NCBI RefSeq assembly: GCF_006345805.1
Contig: NC_043004.1
Span: 32,240,001-32,304,000, forward strand
Direction: 5' to 3'
DNA: 64,000 nt
Source of the DNA: Octopus sinensis
Lineage: Eukaryota
The translations under genes and the position numbers were made by a program. Shown here piece by piece: positions 14,202-25,614 of the stretch; within the stretch, counting starts at the first letter, position 1; every line of letters starts with the position of its first letter. The notes under the pieces are model-generated. The model saw only the letters and a program-made list of their open reading frames with translations. It had not been told where the DNA came from and ran no database searches.

Positions 14202-14261
14202 ATGCCGACCAAAAAGAAACAAACGGATGGTCCCCGTAAAGGGGCACACCTTATGGACCAG
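14202..14261 (+). CDS. CC2D1: CC2D1 exon 1 ([20 protein letters not shown])
   Basis: ATG 14202, donor CAG|gtattg, phase 0; basic N-terminus ending in Q joins FGL as in family members. Confidence 0.8.
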
Positions 14262-17200
14262 GTATTGTCATTGATTTTCTTTTTGTCTTTCGCTTCTCCG
14301 AAATACCATATAGACTTACTCAACAGTTACGACTCAGTAATAACTTTCCCAAATAATAAAGGTACTACAAATAATAATAATAATAATAACAATAAAAATA
14401 ATGGCTAGGCTGAAAAAAAGGGTGAACGACGTAGTCTTCTCATACCCACACTTTGTAGACCAATATCGAAAGATCGTCATTAGTAATATTTTTTCAATGA
14501 TGATGATTTAAATGATAATCAGTAAGAGATTATTGATTATGCAATATATCACCATTTAAACAATCAATAAATGACACAAATTTAGTTGCTTTGTAAACAA
14601 CGTTAATGGAATAATTCCTTGATTATGTATATATGCGATGCGTATGCTGTAAACGCATACACTCATTATACATACATATATATATATAACACTCGTGCGC
14701 ACACACACTGTGTGGTGTGAACAAGAAAAACAACAATTTATAGTTCAACATAAATAGGTGTGTCAGTATGTATGCATGTAAATGTATTTGTCTATGTGTA
14801 GGTGTATATATCATATATATCATATTCACACACACGCGTAAGCGCATATGTATATGTATGCATTAAGTTTACATCTAAATAAATGTGTGTGTTGATATAT
14901 ATATAAATAAATAAACATAAGCGTGTCTGTATATGAGTCTCTGTATACACACCCCTGCATATGTATGGGACTGCATCAAATTTATTTCTATCCGACTTGC
15001 TCTACGATCACCTTTTCTGTGTTGCTATTCGTAGCTCACTATCTCTTAAACCATTCATTTTTGACATTCATCACACACTCCTACCATTGACAATCTTTCC
15101 TACCCTTTCCCCTCCCTTAATCCCTGTCTTACTCCTGTGGAGGCGCAATGGCCCAGTGGTTAGGGCAGCGGACTCGCGGTCGTAGGGTCGTAGGGTCGCG
15201 GTTTCGATTCCCAGACCGGGCGTTGTGAGTGTTTATTGAGCGAAAACACCTAAAAAAGCTCCACGAGGCTCCGGCAGGGGATGGTGGTGATCACTGCTGT
15301 ACTCTTTCACTACAACTTTCTCTCACTCTTACTTCCTGTTTCTGTTGTACCTGTATTTCAAGAGGCCGGCCTTGTCACTCTGTGTCACGCTGAATATCCC
15401 CGAGAACTGCGTTAAGGGTACGCGTGTCTGTGGAGTGCTCAGCCACTTACACGTTAATTTCACGAGCAGGCTGTTCCGTTGATTCGGATCAACCGGAACC
15501 CTCGTTGTCGTAACCGACGGAGTGCTTCCATGACTCCTGCAAACATATAACTTCCATTAGTGTCTCTCTTCAATTACTCCCGGGCATTACTGTCTTCCGT
15601 GATTCCACTCTTTACCTACACCAAATGCTCTGCCATCATAGCTTTACTACTCGCGTCTATTGATCCTCCCTCTTCTGTTCATTCCCTTCTGGTCGTGCTG
15701 TTTTGAATGAAAAGCAGCAACACCAAAAGGTCAAGAGAGCCTTAAGTGTGAAGAAAGGCACAACAACCTCTCTAGCGTTGGTTCCTTTATAAAATGTACC
15801 CAGTACACTGTATAGAGTGTACTGGATACTGGATGGTTTCCGTGTAGGAGCTTGTTCACAGGTCATTTTCCACTAGCACAATTAACTTGTCATGTATGAT
15901 ACTACACTTGGACAGTTGTAGCTAATAGTAACAGACAGGGTCAAATTTTGCAGGAAGCTCCCTCCAGTTTGCATCAAGCCTGTTCTTGAAGGCATTGACT
16001 GATGGAGCTGCGACCACACTGTTTGGCAGACTGTTCCAGGTGACGGTCACATGCTGTACGAAAAAGCAGCTTCTAATGTTGAGCCCTCAGTGTGATCTTT
16101 CCAATTTCAGGCTGTGTCCTCTTGTATTTCTGCCTTGGAAATAGTTGAATGGGGGTGCGGTTCGTGAGGTACAGGCCATGCGTATACTTATACATGTTGA
16201 TCATATCTCCCCTGCGGCGGCAATGTTCGAGACTAGGCCGGTTTAGTGCAGCCAAGTGCTCTGGTTATGGCTTTTCTTTCAAGGATGCAATGAGTTTGGT
16301 GGCACACCTCTGAACATCCTCCAACTCACAACACATTGCCTTATGCCGGGGTTGCCAAATTGTGTGTCCATATCCAAGAATCGGGAAAACTAGAATCTTG
16401 TACAGCTGGACGAAGATAACAGGTGATGAAGTCAAATGATCGTTGGATGACTCCAAAGATTCGATTTGCTTTTGCTGTTGCTTGGTTTATGTGGTTCCTG
16501 AAGGTCAGCCCTTTGTCTATCAAGATTCTAAGATCCCCCTCCACCTCACTTTCTGCTACCTCTTATGTAGTATTTCCTGTCCTTCTTCGGTTTCGCCACT
16601 CTCAAGACAGAACACTTCTCAGGATGGAACAGCATTTGCCAGTTTGTTGACCACTCGTGAAGGCGATCCAGGTCATCTTGCAGCATTGCCATGGTCACAT
16701 CAATGTCATTCCTTCCAAAGATCTTTGTGTCGACAGCAAATAACCTGACGTGGCTCTGGAAATACTGAGGCAGATTGTTTATATACTTGAGAAACAGTAC
16801 TGGACCAATGACACTGCCTTGTGGGATGCCACTTGTCACCTCTCCCCTCTCTGACTTCATGCCTTTGACACAGACTTGTTGTAACCGGTGACTCAAGAAG
16901 CCCCGGATCCACTGAGGGACATATCCCTTGATATTGTGAGCTTCTACTGTGGCTACAAGACTACGATGTGGGACGCTGTTGAACGCTTTCATGTAATCCA
17001 TGTAGATCGCATCAACTCCTCCCCCTGCATCCAAGGCCTCAGTCTAGATGTCAAGAACGTCAAGCAGTTGCGTCACACATGATCTCCCCTTTGTGAACCC
17101 ATGCTGTTCTTGGTGGATGAGGTCATTTCGCCACAATTGTTCAGTGATATGCTCATGAACAAGCACCTCTATCACCTTGCACAGTACACAAGTCAAGCTT

Positions 17201-20200
17201 ACTGGCCTGTAGTTGTTGACCGCAAAACGGCTCCCTTTTCTGAATATGAGGGTGACATTAGCAGTTCTCCACTCGTCTGGGATTTTGTTTGTCTCCATTG
17301 ATTTTCTGTAGACAAATGTGATTGGCAGAGCAAGTACATCCGATAGCTTGGAAAGTATGTGTGGGCTGATTCCATCTGGTTATGGGGCCTTGGCAATCTT
17401 CAGGTTTGTCAGCTGCTTGTGAACTTTTACCGCAGAAATGTTTAAGTTGGTCAACTCTGTGTCATGCATGTACTCTGGCACGTCTGGTAGATCGCCTTCC
17501 TTCTCTACAGTGAAGACACTCTGAAAGAAAGTATTCAGCAGATCGGCTTTCTCTTTGTCTGTGGTTGTCTTAGAACCATCACTTCCTTTCAAGTCTGCAA
17601 TACCAGTCTTTGATTTCATCTTTGACTTCATGTATGACCAAAATGACTTCGGGTTTGTCTTGGCTTGTGTTGCTACCATTTCCTCTAATTTCTTCTTTGC
17701 TTTACGGCATGCCTTTGTTGCTTTATTTCTGCTCCTGATGTAGGCCTGATAATCTTGCCCATTCTTGGTCTGCAACCTATGTCTGTACAGTTTGTGCTTC
17801 TGCTGCACTGTTCTAAGTGTATCTCTATCGAGCCACTTCTTTCTTCTTGCTCTTGAGCCTTCCATCTTTGGTACATATTTCTCTGTTACTCTGTCCAATT
17901 CCTTGCGCAGCTTTTCCCATGCCTCTCCAACTGATAGACATTTCAGCTCATCCACCCATCTGATATTTTCCAGGTCTTTCCTCATCTCTTCTATATTTGC
18001 CTTTGTAAAGTTGAAATATTCTTTCTTTCCTGTTTCTTGGTAAGCATAGGACAAGCTGGTGATCAATACTACATGGTCACTCTTCCCAAGGGATGGTGCT
18101 ATAATGATACCATTGATCATGTCTTCCCTGTTTGTCATCACCAGGTCGTCTCATGTTGGACACCGTCCTTCCCTGATTCTTGTTGGTTCTCTCTGGTGCT
18201 GTATCAGGAATTCTTCCTTTGTTGCCTTGAAGAATTTGCTTGCTGCATGGTTCTCAACTTTCAGATGCCTGTCTTGTTCCCAATTTATATTGGGGTAGTT
18301 GAAGTCGCCGATTAGCAGTAAATATTGAGGTTTCTTGTCTGCCACATTTAATAGCAATCTGTTTAAACTCTCGTTATTTTCCTCTGAGCTTGTATTTGGG
18401 TTCCTGTAGAACAATCCAACTGTTATAGTTTCTTCTCATAATTTACAATCTATGAATACATACTCTTTGAAGTCCATTTCTAAATTACCATTCAAGGATG
18501 GTCTCATCTCACTCTTGACATATAAGCATATTCCTCGTCCTCTTTTCTCAAGGTTGTGAAATGCTTCATATCCCGGAATGGTGATTTCACTCTCTTGGAT
18601 GCCAAATCTCAAGTGCTTTGGTTTAATCTCCACAACCCCCATCACTACAGACTTATGTATCTCTATCATAACCTCTAATTCAGTCGTTTTATTTAGAAGA
18701 CTGTCAGCATTGTATATAGACAGGTAACTGAACTAGGGCTATTCAATGTATATACAACATCTTCCTGTCTTCTTTTCTCTTTATCTTCCATAGTTGGTTC
18801 ATCCAGTCCAAATATGACCAAATTTTTGCTCGTTCGTGCTCTGTCTTCCAATTTCTGTCTTTGCTCCCTAGCTTTCTCCTCCATCAATTTCTCAATATCA
18901 TTTTTACTCATTTCTGCTCTCGACGTTTGGTTTGCTGCAACTCCTACCGCTGACAATGTCTTCACTGCTTCTGCTATCTTTGGTGGGAATTCTCCTGCTT
19001 CAATCTTTTGAAGTCTGTTCTTCGTTTCCTTCATTTCACTCTCAAGAGAGTCCATTCTATCCTCCATCATGCCAAATCTAAGGAGGAACTTCTTGGCTAG
19101 CTTATTGCATGGTTTAGGACAATACCAATGGAGGCCAGATTCCTGTTCCCTTTGGTTTGCTTCTGCTCTGATTGCCTTGAACAGTGATTCGCCAAAACCC
19201 ACACATTTTGCGTGGAACCGAGCATGGGACAGCTCACAGCCAACCGACCTCTGTTTATCCTCCACTTCTTCCTCACAAATTTTGCAAATGCTTGGTTGTT
19301 TTGTTTGGTCCCTTTCAGTTCCTTTAGCAGTAATCTGGGTCTCCAACTGCTTCCCTGCATCAGTTTTTTCTTTTGCTAGTACTAGTTTTACTACTGCTTT
19401 GGTTTCAAGCAAAACCTTTCCTAGTTCCAGCTGCTTTCTGTACACTCAATATTTTTGTCTCTGTTGGCTTTAGATCTAGATCAGTACGGGGCACACTCTA
19501 TAAGTAATTAGTAATAAGAAGGATATCCAGCCATAGAAACTATGCTAAAATTGGGAAATAAAATTGAGATGTGGTCTGCTAACCCATCTAAGAAGGCAGT
19601 AACTCGGGCTAAGAACTGGCTCCAACATGACAACTCACTAGTGAATTAATCTCAGGCACAGGAGTCTTTAGTAACCTTTGGTCAGTCTGAAGATGTTTTT
19701 GACTCAGTTGAAATCACTGGTCATTGTCAGGATTTGAACTTTCCAGTTCCACACAATAATATATCCTTTCTCTACAATTGTATTGATTTTTCTGTTTTAA
19801 AGTTTACAGTATTAAGTACAACTTAACAACTGATAGACATTTGTGTGTATATGTGTGCTTTATATAGTGGCATTGATTTAATGCTTGTAGTATGGATGAT
19901 CCAGGTGGTGAGATGAAAGGAAGTGTTAGTAAAAACTGGGAGTAGAAAAATAGATAGAACAATAGTGGTGTTGATGAAGGTGATGAACATCAACATAGAA
20001 AGATAGCTATGTTAAAAATGATTTGATGATGGTCGATGGTTGGTTAGCTGTTTAATGTTTTGTATATTTGTGTCATTATTTTGCTCTTATAGTTTGGACT
20101 TGGTGTAGACACAAAAGAATTTGAATCAATGTTGCAAGGTAACTTTGATGATGATGATGATGGCGATGATGCAGACATTCTTGCGGAGTTGGCAGCCTTG

Positions 20201-23200
20201 GATGGTGACGTATCTCCCCCAAAAGTTACTAGAAATAAAGGTAAGAAATGATTAAGTACTTGCTTTTATTATTTAACTGAGGTCAGAATGGCAAGCTGGC
20301 AGAATTGTTAGCATGCCAGAAAAAATGCTTAACAGCATTTTGTCCATCTTTACATTCTGAGTTCAGATTCCACCAAAGTAGACTTTGTTTTTCATCATTT
20401 CAAGTTTGATGAAATAAAGTACCAGTTGTGCACTGGTGTTGATGTAATTGACAACGTTCCAGACCTTGTGCCTATAGCAGAAAGGATTATTTCATCAATA
20501 GATTGATAGATTTAATAGCTGAGTAGACAAAGTAATTAGTATTTAATTACTGCTCTTATGTTTTGAGTTAATTTCCCACTAAAGTCACTATTGCTGGTCA
20601 TCCTTGGGTGAGGTGGCAATAAAATATCTGATCATCAAGTTTTTCAGGCTGTAGCATAGGTTTTTAAGACTGGAAAGTTTTATATGTTGATGACCTAGTC
20701 CTCATTGCTAGATTTGTCAAATTAGAGAAGAAATTTTAAACATTGAAGCAAAGTATACAATTAAAGGGTCTTAAAATGCAATACTCTTTTCATAGCTAGG
20801 TTGCACAATTCATTGTGAATATATTGCAGAAATATGTAATGTGGTTGAATAGATCACTCTATTGGAAACATCAGCATTTGTCTTCTTTTTTCCACATCAA
20901 CAGAAAATGTCAACACTACATGAAGAAAGATTGGATGTTTACTTTTTGACCTACAGATTTAATAAATAATTTTTTGTAACTAAACACTTTCAAACTTCAG
21001 ACACTGGAAGAATGTGTCATATAAAACATGTTTTACTCTTTGCATTTTTGAGAAAAGCTTATATTTACGAAGTTATTTCATGTTAAAGTTGTTGTATTTT
21101 GGTAATTTCAACCACTCAATGACGTGTATTCAACTGAATAAAATTACTGCTGTTGTTTGTCAACAGCAACTATCGGCGGTGTATTTTTCGTTTGTCACTG
21201 TTATTTATGACATCGTTCGTGCGTTTGTACTGGTTTTAAGGTTTTAAGGTTGTCATAAATAAGTGACAAACGAAATATACACCGCCGGAAGTTCTTGTTG
21301 ACAAACAACAGCAGTAATTTTATTCAGCTGAATATACGTCATTGATTGGTTGAAATTACCAAAATACGAGAACTTTAAGGTGAAATAACTTTGTAAATAT
21401 AAGTTTTTTTTCAAAAATGCTAAGAGTAAAACATGTTTCATATGACACATTCTACCAGTGTCTGAAGTTTGAAAGCGTTTAGCTACAAAAAATTATTTTA
21501 ATCTGTAAAAAGGTAAAGATCTGAAAGATTGACCTTTGAGTATGATATTTTGTCATTCTTTATTTTATATACACAACATTTATCAAACATAAAAAGGAAG
21601 TGTATTATAGATTAATTTAAGTCTGCTTGATCTAGAGCTAGAGTGCAGTTCCAAAATTTTAACAGGTGCTTGTGGATGTTGTGGCATCTTACAAAGAGCT
21701 CTGATCTTGTGCTTAGATAATAATTGAAATTGGAGTCAGTATGAAACTCTTTTAAGTGCCGGATGTAACTCTTCTCTCTATGTTTGAAGGATGATATGTG
21801 GGTGATGTTATGCTACTTAAACTTACTTTCCACTATACTAATGTAGTGGTTATGAGCTATGGTGTGGTTTGCATTTGTAGAACTAATTTTTGCTTTATAT
21901 CACTCCTTTATTGCATAACTGGTTGAATGAGCATATTTTGGTGTTTCTATATGTGTATTGATAATTGTGTAAGTAACACATGAAATTTTGAGAAGTTTTG
22001 AGTCTCAAATGGCTATTCATTTTAATATCTGTGTGTATAAGTTGTTTCCAGTATATTTAGATGTTGACCTGTATACATATTTATATACGTATGTGTGTGT
22101 ATGCATATATACATATATATATATTTTTTCTAGGTATTGTCACTCTATCAGACATCAACAAGATGGCAGCAGAAAGTATGCAAGACATCCCAAGTGATGA
22201 GGAAATGTCTGAAAATGAAGATCCTGAACTTTTGGTATTCTCTTATTCTTTTACTTGTTTCAGTCAGTTGACTGTGGCCATGCTGGAGCACCGTCTTAAA
22301 GGGTTTCTAGTCGAAGAAATCAACCCCAGGACTTATTTTTTGTGAGCCTAGTACTTATGCTATTGGTCTTTTTTACTGCTAAGTTACAGGGATGTAAACA
22401 CACCAACATCGGTTGTCAGGCAATGGTGGGGGGTACATGGACACATAAATATACATACACACACACAAACACATATGACAGTCTTCTTTCTGTTTCTGGC
22501 TACCAAATCCATTCACAAAGCTTTGGCCAGCCCAGAGTTATAGCAAAAGACACTTGACCAAGATGCCATGCAGTGAAACTAAACTCAGGACCACATGGTT
22601 GAGAAGCAAGCTTCTTACCACACAGCCATGCTGTCAACTTTTCTTTTAGTCTTCTGTTATTGGTTTCAGTCTTTGGACTGTGGCCATGCTGTGGACAAAG
22701 TAAAACTCTGAGATTTTTTCTTGATTAAATTGATCTGGTACTTATTTTATCAATTTCCATTTATCTAATGGTTAAGTCTACTTTTCACAAATAGGAGCAT
22801 ATCTCAAATGCATATACTCACACACACGTGCACATGCTCTCTCACACACACAATATATATAATATATATATGATGGCCTTTTGCAGCTTCCATCTTGTAA
22901 ATTTCATGCCCAAGACCTTGTTCAACTTCAGTGTATGGTAGAATTAATATTGGCCTAAGATTCCATACAGTGGGATTGAACGTGTAACCATGTATTTGTG
23001 AAGTAAATTTCTTAGCCATATACCTGAATTGAATAAATTTATCTTTTGTTTTGTTATGGTGGTTGGGTATTAGTGGTAGAAATAGATACTATTAGCATGC
23101 CAGGCGAAATGCTTAGCGGTATTTCGTCTGCCATTGCATTCTGAGTTCAAAATCCGCCTAGGTCAACTTTGCCTTTCATCCTTTTGTGGTTGATTAAATA

Positions 23201-25574
23201 AGTACCATTTACTACTGGGGTTGATGTAATCGACTTAATTCCTTTGTCTGTCCTTCTTTGTCCCCTCTGTGTTTAGCCCCCTGTAGGAAATAAATGAATA
23301 AATAGATATTCTTTTAATTCTGTAAACATTAAAATAAAATCTACAACATAGTGCTCCAGCATGGCTTTAAACTAACCAAACTAAAGTACATTGCTTCTGT
23401 ACTGGTTCTGGTAGTAGTAGTATCACTTCCTTCTTATGCTTAAAACCCAGAGAAAAAATCCCGTCAAAGTCAAATGCAAGGCCTCACAATTTCTAAATGA
23501 TCTTTTACTTAGACTTCAGTTATTTTATAAACATTTGCTAAACTGCATCACAATGACTAAATTTCTTGTTTTAGCCAGAAGATAATTTTGATTGGTTGCT
23601 GACCCTTTAACCCTTTTGATATCAACCCACCTGAGATAGCCCTTGGTTCATTATTCAAACTTCCTGTTTAAAGTGATCTAAATTGAAGCTTTCTATTAAA
23701 ATTTTCATGTTAATTTACACTATGTGATCAAAAGTATCCAGAAACCCACTTGATAAGGAAGTACAAGTTCGGGCTACTCTCCATCAGGAACTCTGGCAGT
23801 CAATACAGTGTTGGCCCACCCTTAGCCTTGATGACAGCCTCCACTTTCATAAGCATACTTTCAATGAGGTGGCTGAAGGTTCCCTGGGGAATGGCAGCCC
23901 ATTCTGCATAGACCCCTGCAGTATGGACAGGTGCTTAGTCATGTTGAAATACGCAAGGGCCATCCCCAAACTGGTCTTTGACAGTAGGCAACATGAAAGT
24001 GGTTAAAATGTCAGTGTAACTTGTGCCATGACAGTACCACATAAAGCAACACGGGGGCCAAGCTCCACTTCCGGTGAAACATGACCGCAACATGATCCCA
24101 TCACTGTCAAATTTCACGGTTGGCACTATACAGGCTGGTGTATATCACTCCCCAGGCATTCACCATACCCATGCTCTACCATCAGATCACCACATTGTGT
24201 AATGTGGTTCATCACTCCATACAGCAGTTTTCCACTGTTCTGTAGTCCAGTTTCAATGCTCTTTACACCACGTGAGGTGGTGTTGAGATTGTCTGTGTGA
24301 TGTGTGGCTTATGAGCAGCTGTTCTTCCATGGAAACCAATTTTCTGCATCTCGTGCTGAACAGTCATGGTGCTTGGAGTAGATCTTGCTGCAGGTTGGAA
24401 TTCCTGAGTGATGGTGGTGAGGGGTGATAGACAATTATGTTGTACCATCCTCTTCAACACTTGATGGTCTCTAGGGGTTAACATGGGAGGTTGGCCCAAA
24501 TGCGTTTGGGTTGTACACATCCCTTTACATTTCCACTTCACTATTACATTGGAAACAGTGGACCTAGATATGTTCAGGAGGGTAGAAATCTTGCGTAAAG
24601 GATTATTAGACAAATGACACCTGATCACCAGACCATGTTGAAACTATGTTAGTTGTGCAGAGTGTCACATTCTGCTGCCTAGCACTGTATGCTGGCTACT
24701 GAGATCACTGACCATGTGTTCCACATGGTGAATGGTAGTACTGAGTCATCTTCTATGATAAGCACACATTTTGCAGGGTGTCTGGATACTTTTGATCATA
24801 TAATGTATGCCTCAAACACCATCTTAATAATGGCAAAATTATTTTATTAAATCTTTCATTACTTTCAAAATTAATTGAAGCAAAAGCAGGGTTTTAACAG
24901 AATTATGGTGACAAAAGGATTTAAAAAACATAAGACCTACATTGGTATACTGTTTATATATATTTGGTGTTACTGTTTTATAGATATCCTACACCACTTC
25001 CAAAAGAAGGGTTATTTGATTGATTGGCAAAGATTCATCTGAATGAATGCTACAACCACTGTAGCTCTATCTACAACAGTCTCTGTTCCACTGAATTAGT
25101 TAACTGTATAGCATTTTTCATTAGCAATGCAGTACTTCTCTTCCTTTTTCCACCCTTCCTTCCTTCCTCCAGTCAAAATCACCCCTAAACATTTTGTTCA
25201 GTCATATATTTCTCTCTCAAGATTTTATCCCTCTACAATTCTCTCCTCACCCACCTTTTTACAGTTTTATAGTATGTATGAATCCAACTGGTATCCAATC
25301 TAAACAACACTGATATCAACCTCATCACTCTGGAAGTTACTGCTGAGAACCAAGACCCTACTCCTTCTCCTCAATTAAGTATCTTCAATCCCCATCAAAA
25401 TTCACATTTATTCTTTTCCTTTCTTTGAAATTGAATGAATCAGTCTTTTCTCTCTCACCAGAAGTGAGGCAGATTTTGTTTTTTGGTGGGTTATGCTGCT
25501 ATTTTCATGTCAGATTTTAATTCTCGGTTACAAATTCATCATGTTTTCAGTCATCCAGCCCATCTCTCTCACCC

Positions 25575-25614
<40 letters not shown>

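Larger units (their letters stand above)
15821..19492 (-). mobile_element. Near full-length, inactivated CR1-clade LINE in CC2D1 intron 1 (antisense)
   Basis: PHD-finger ORF1, APE endonuclease, RT, CR1-type C-terminus ([17 protein letters not shown]) and a (TCCAGTA)2 3' tail. Confidence 0.93.

Noticed and set aside
15138-15215. tRNA gene
   Set aside because: The tRNA-like A/B boxes are a SINE head followed by SINE body and TSD; no complete cloverleaf.
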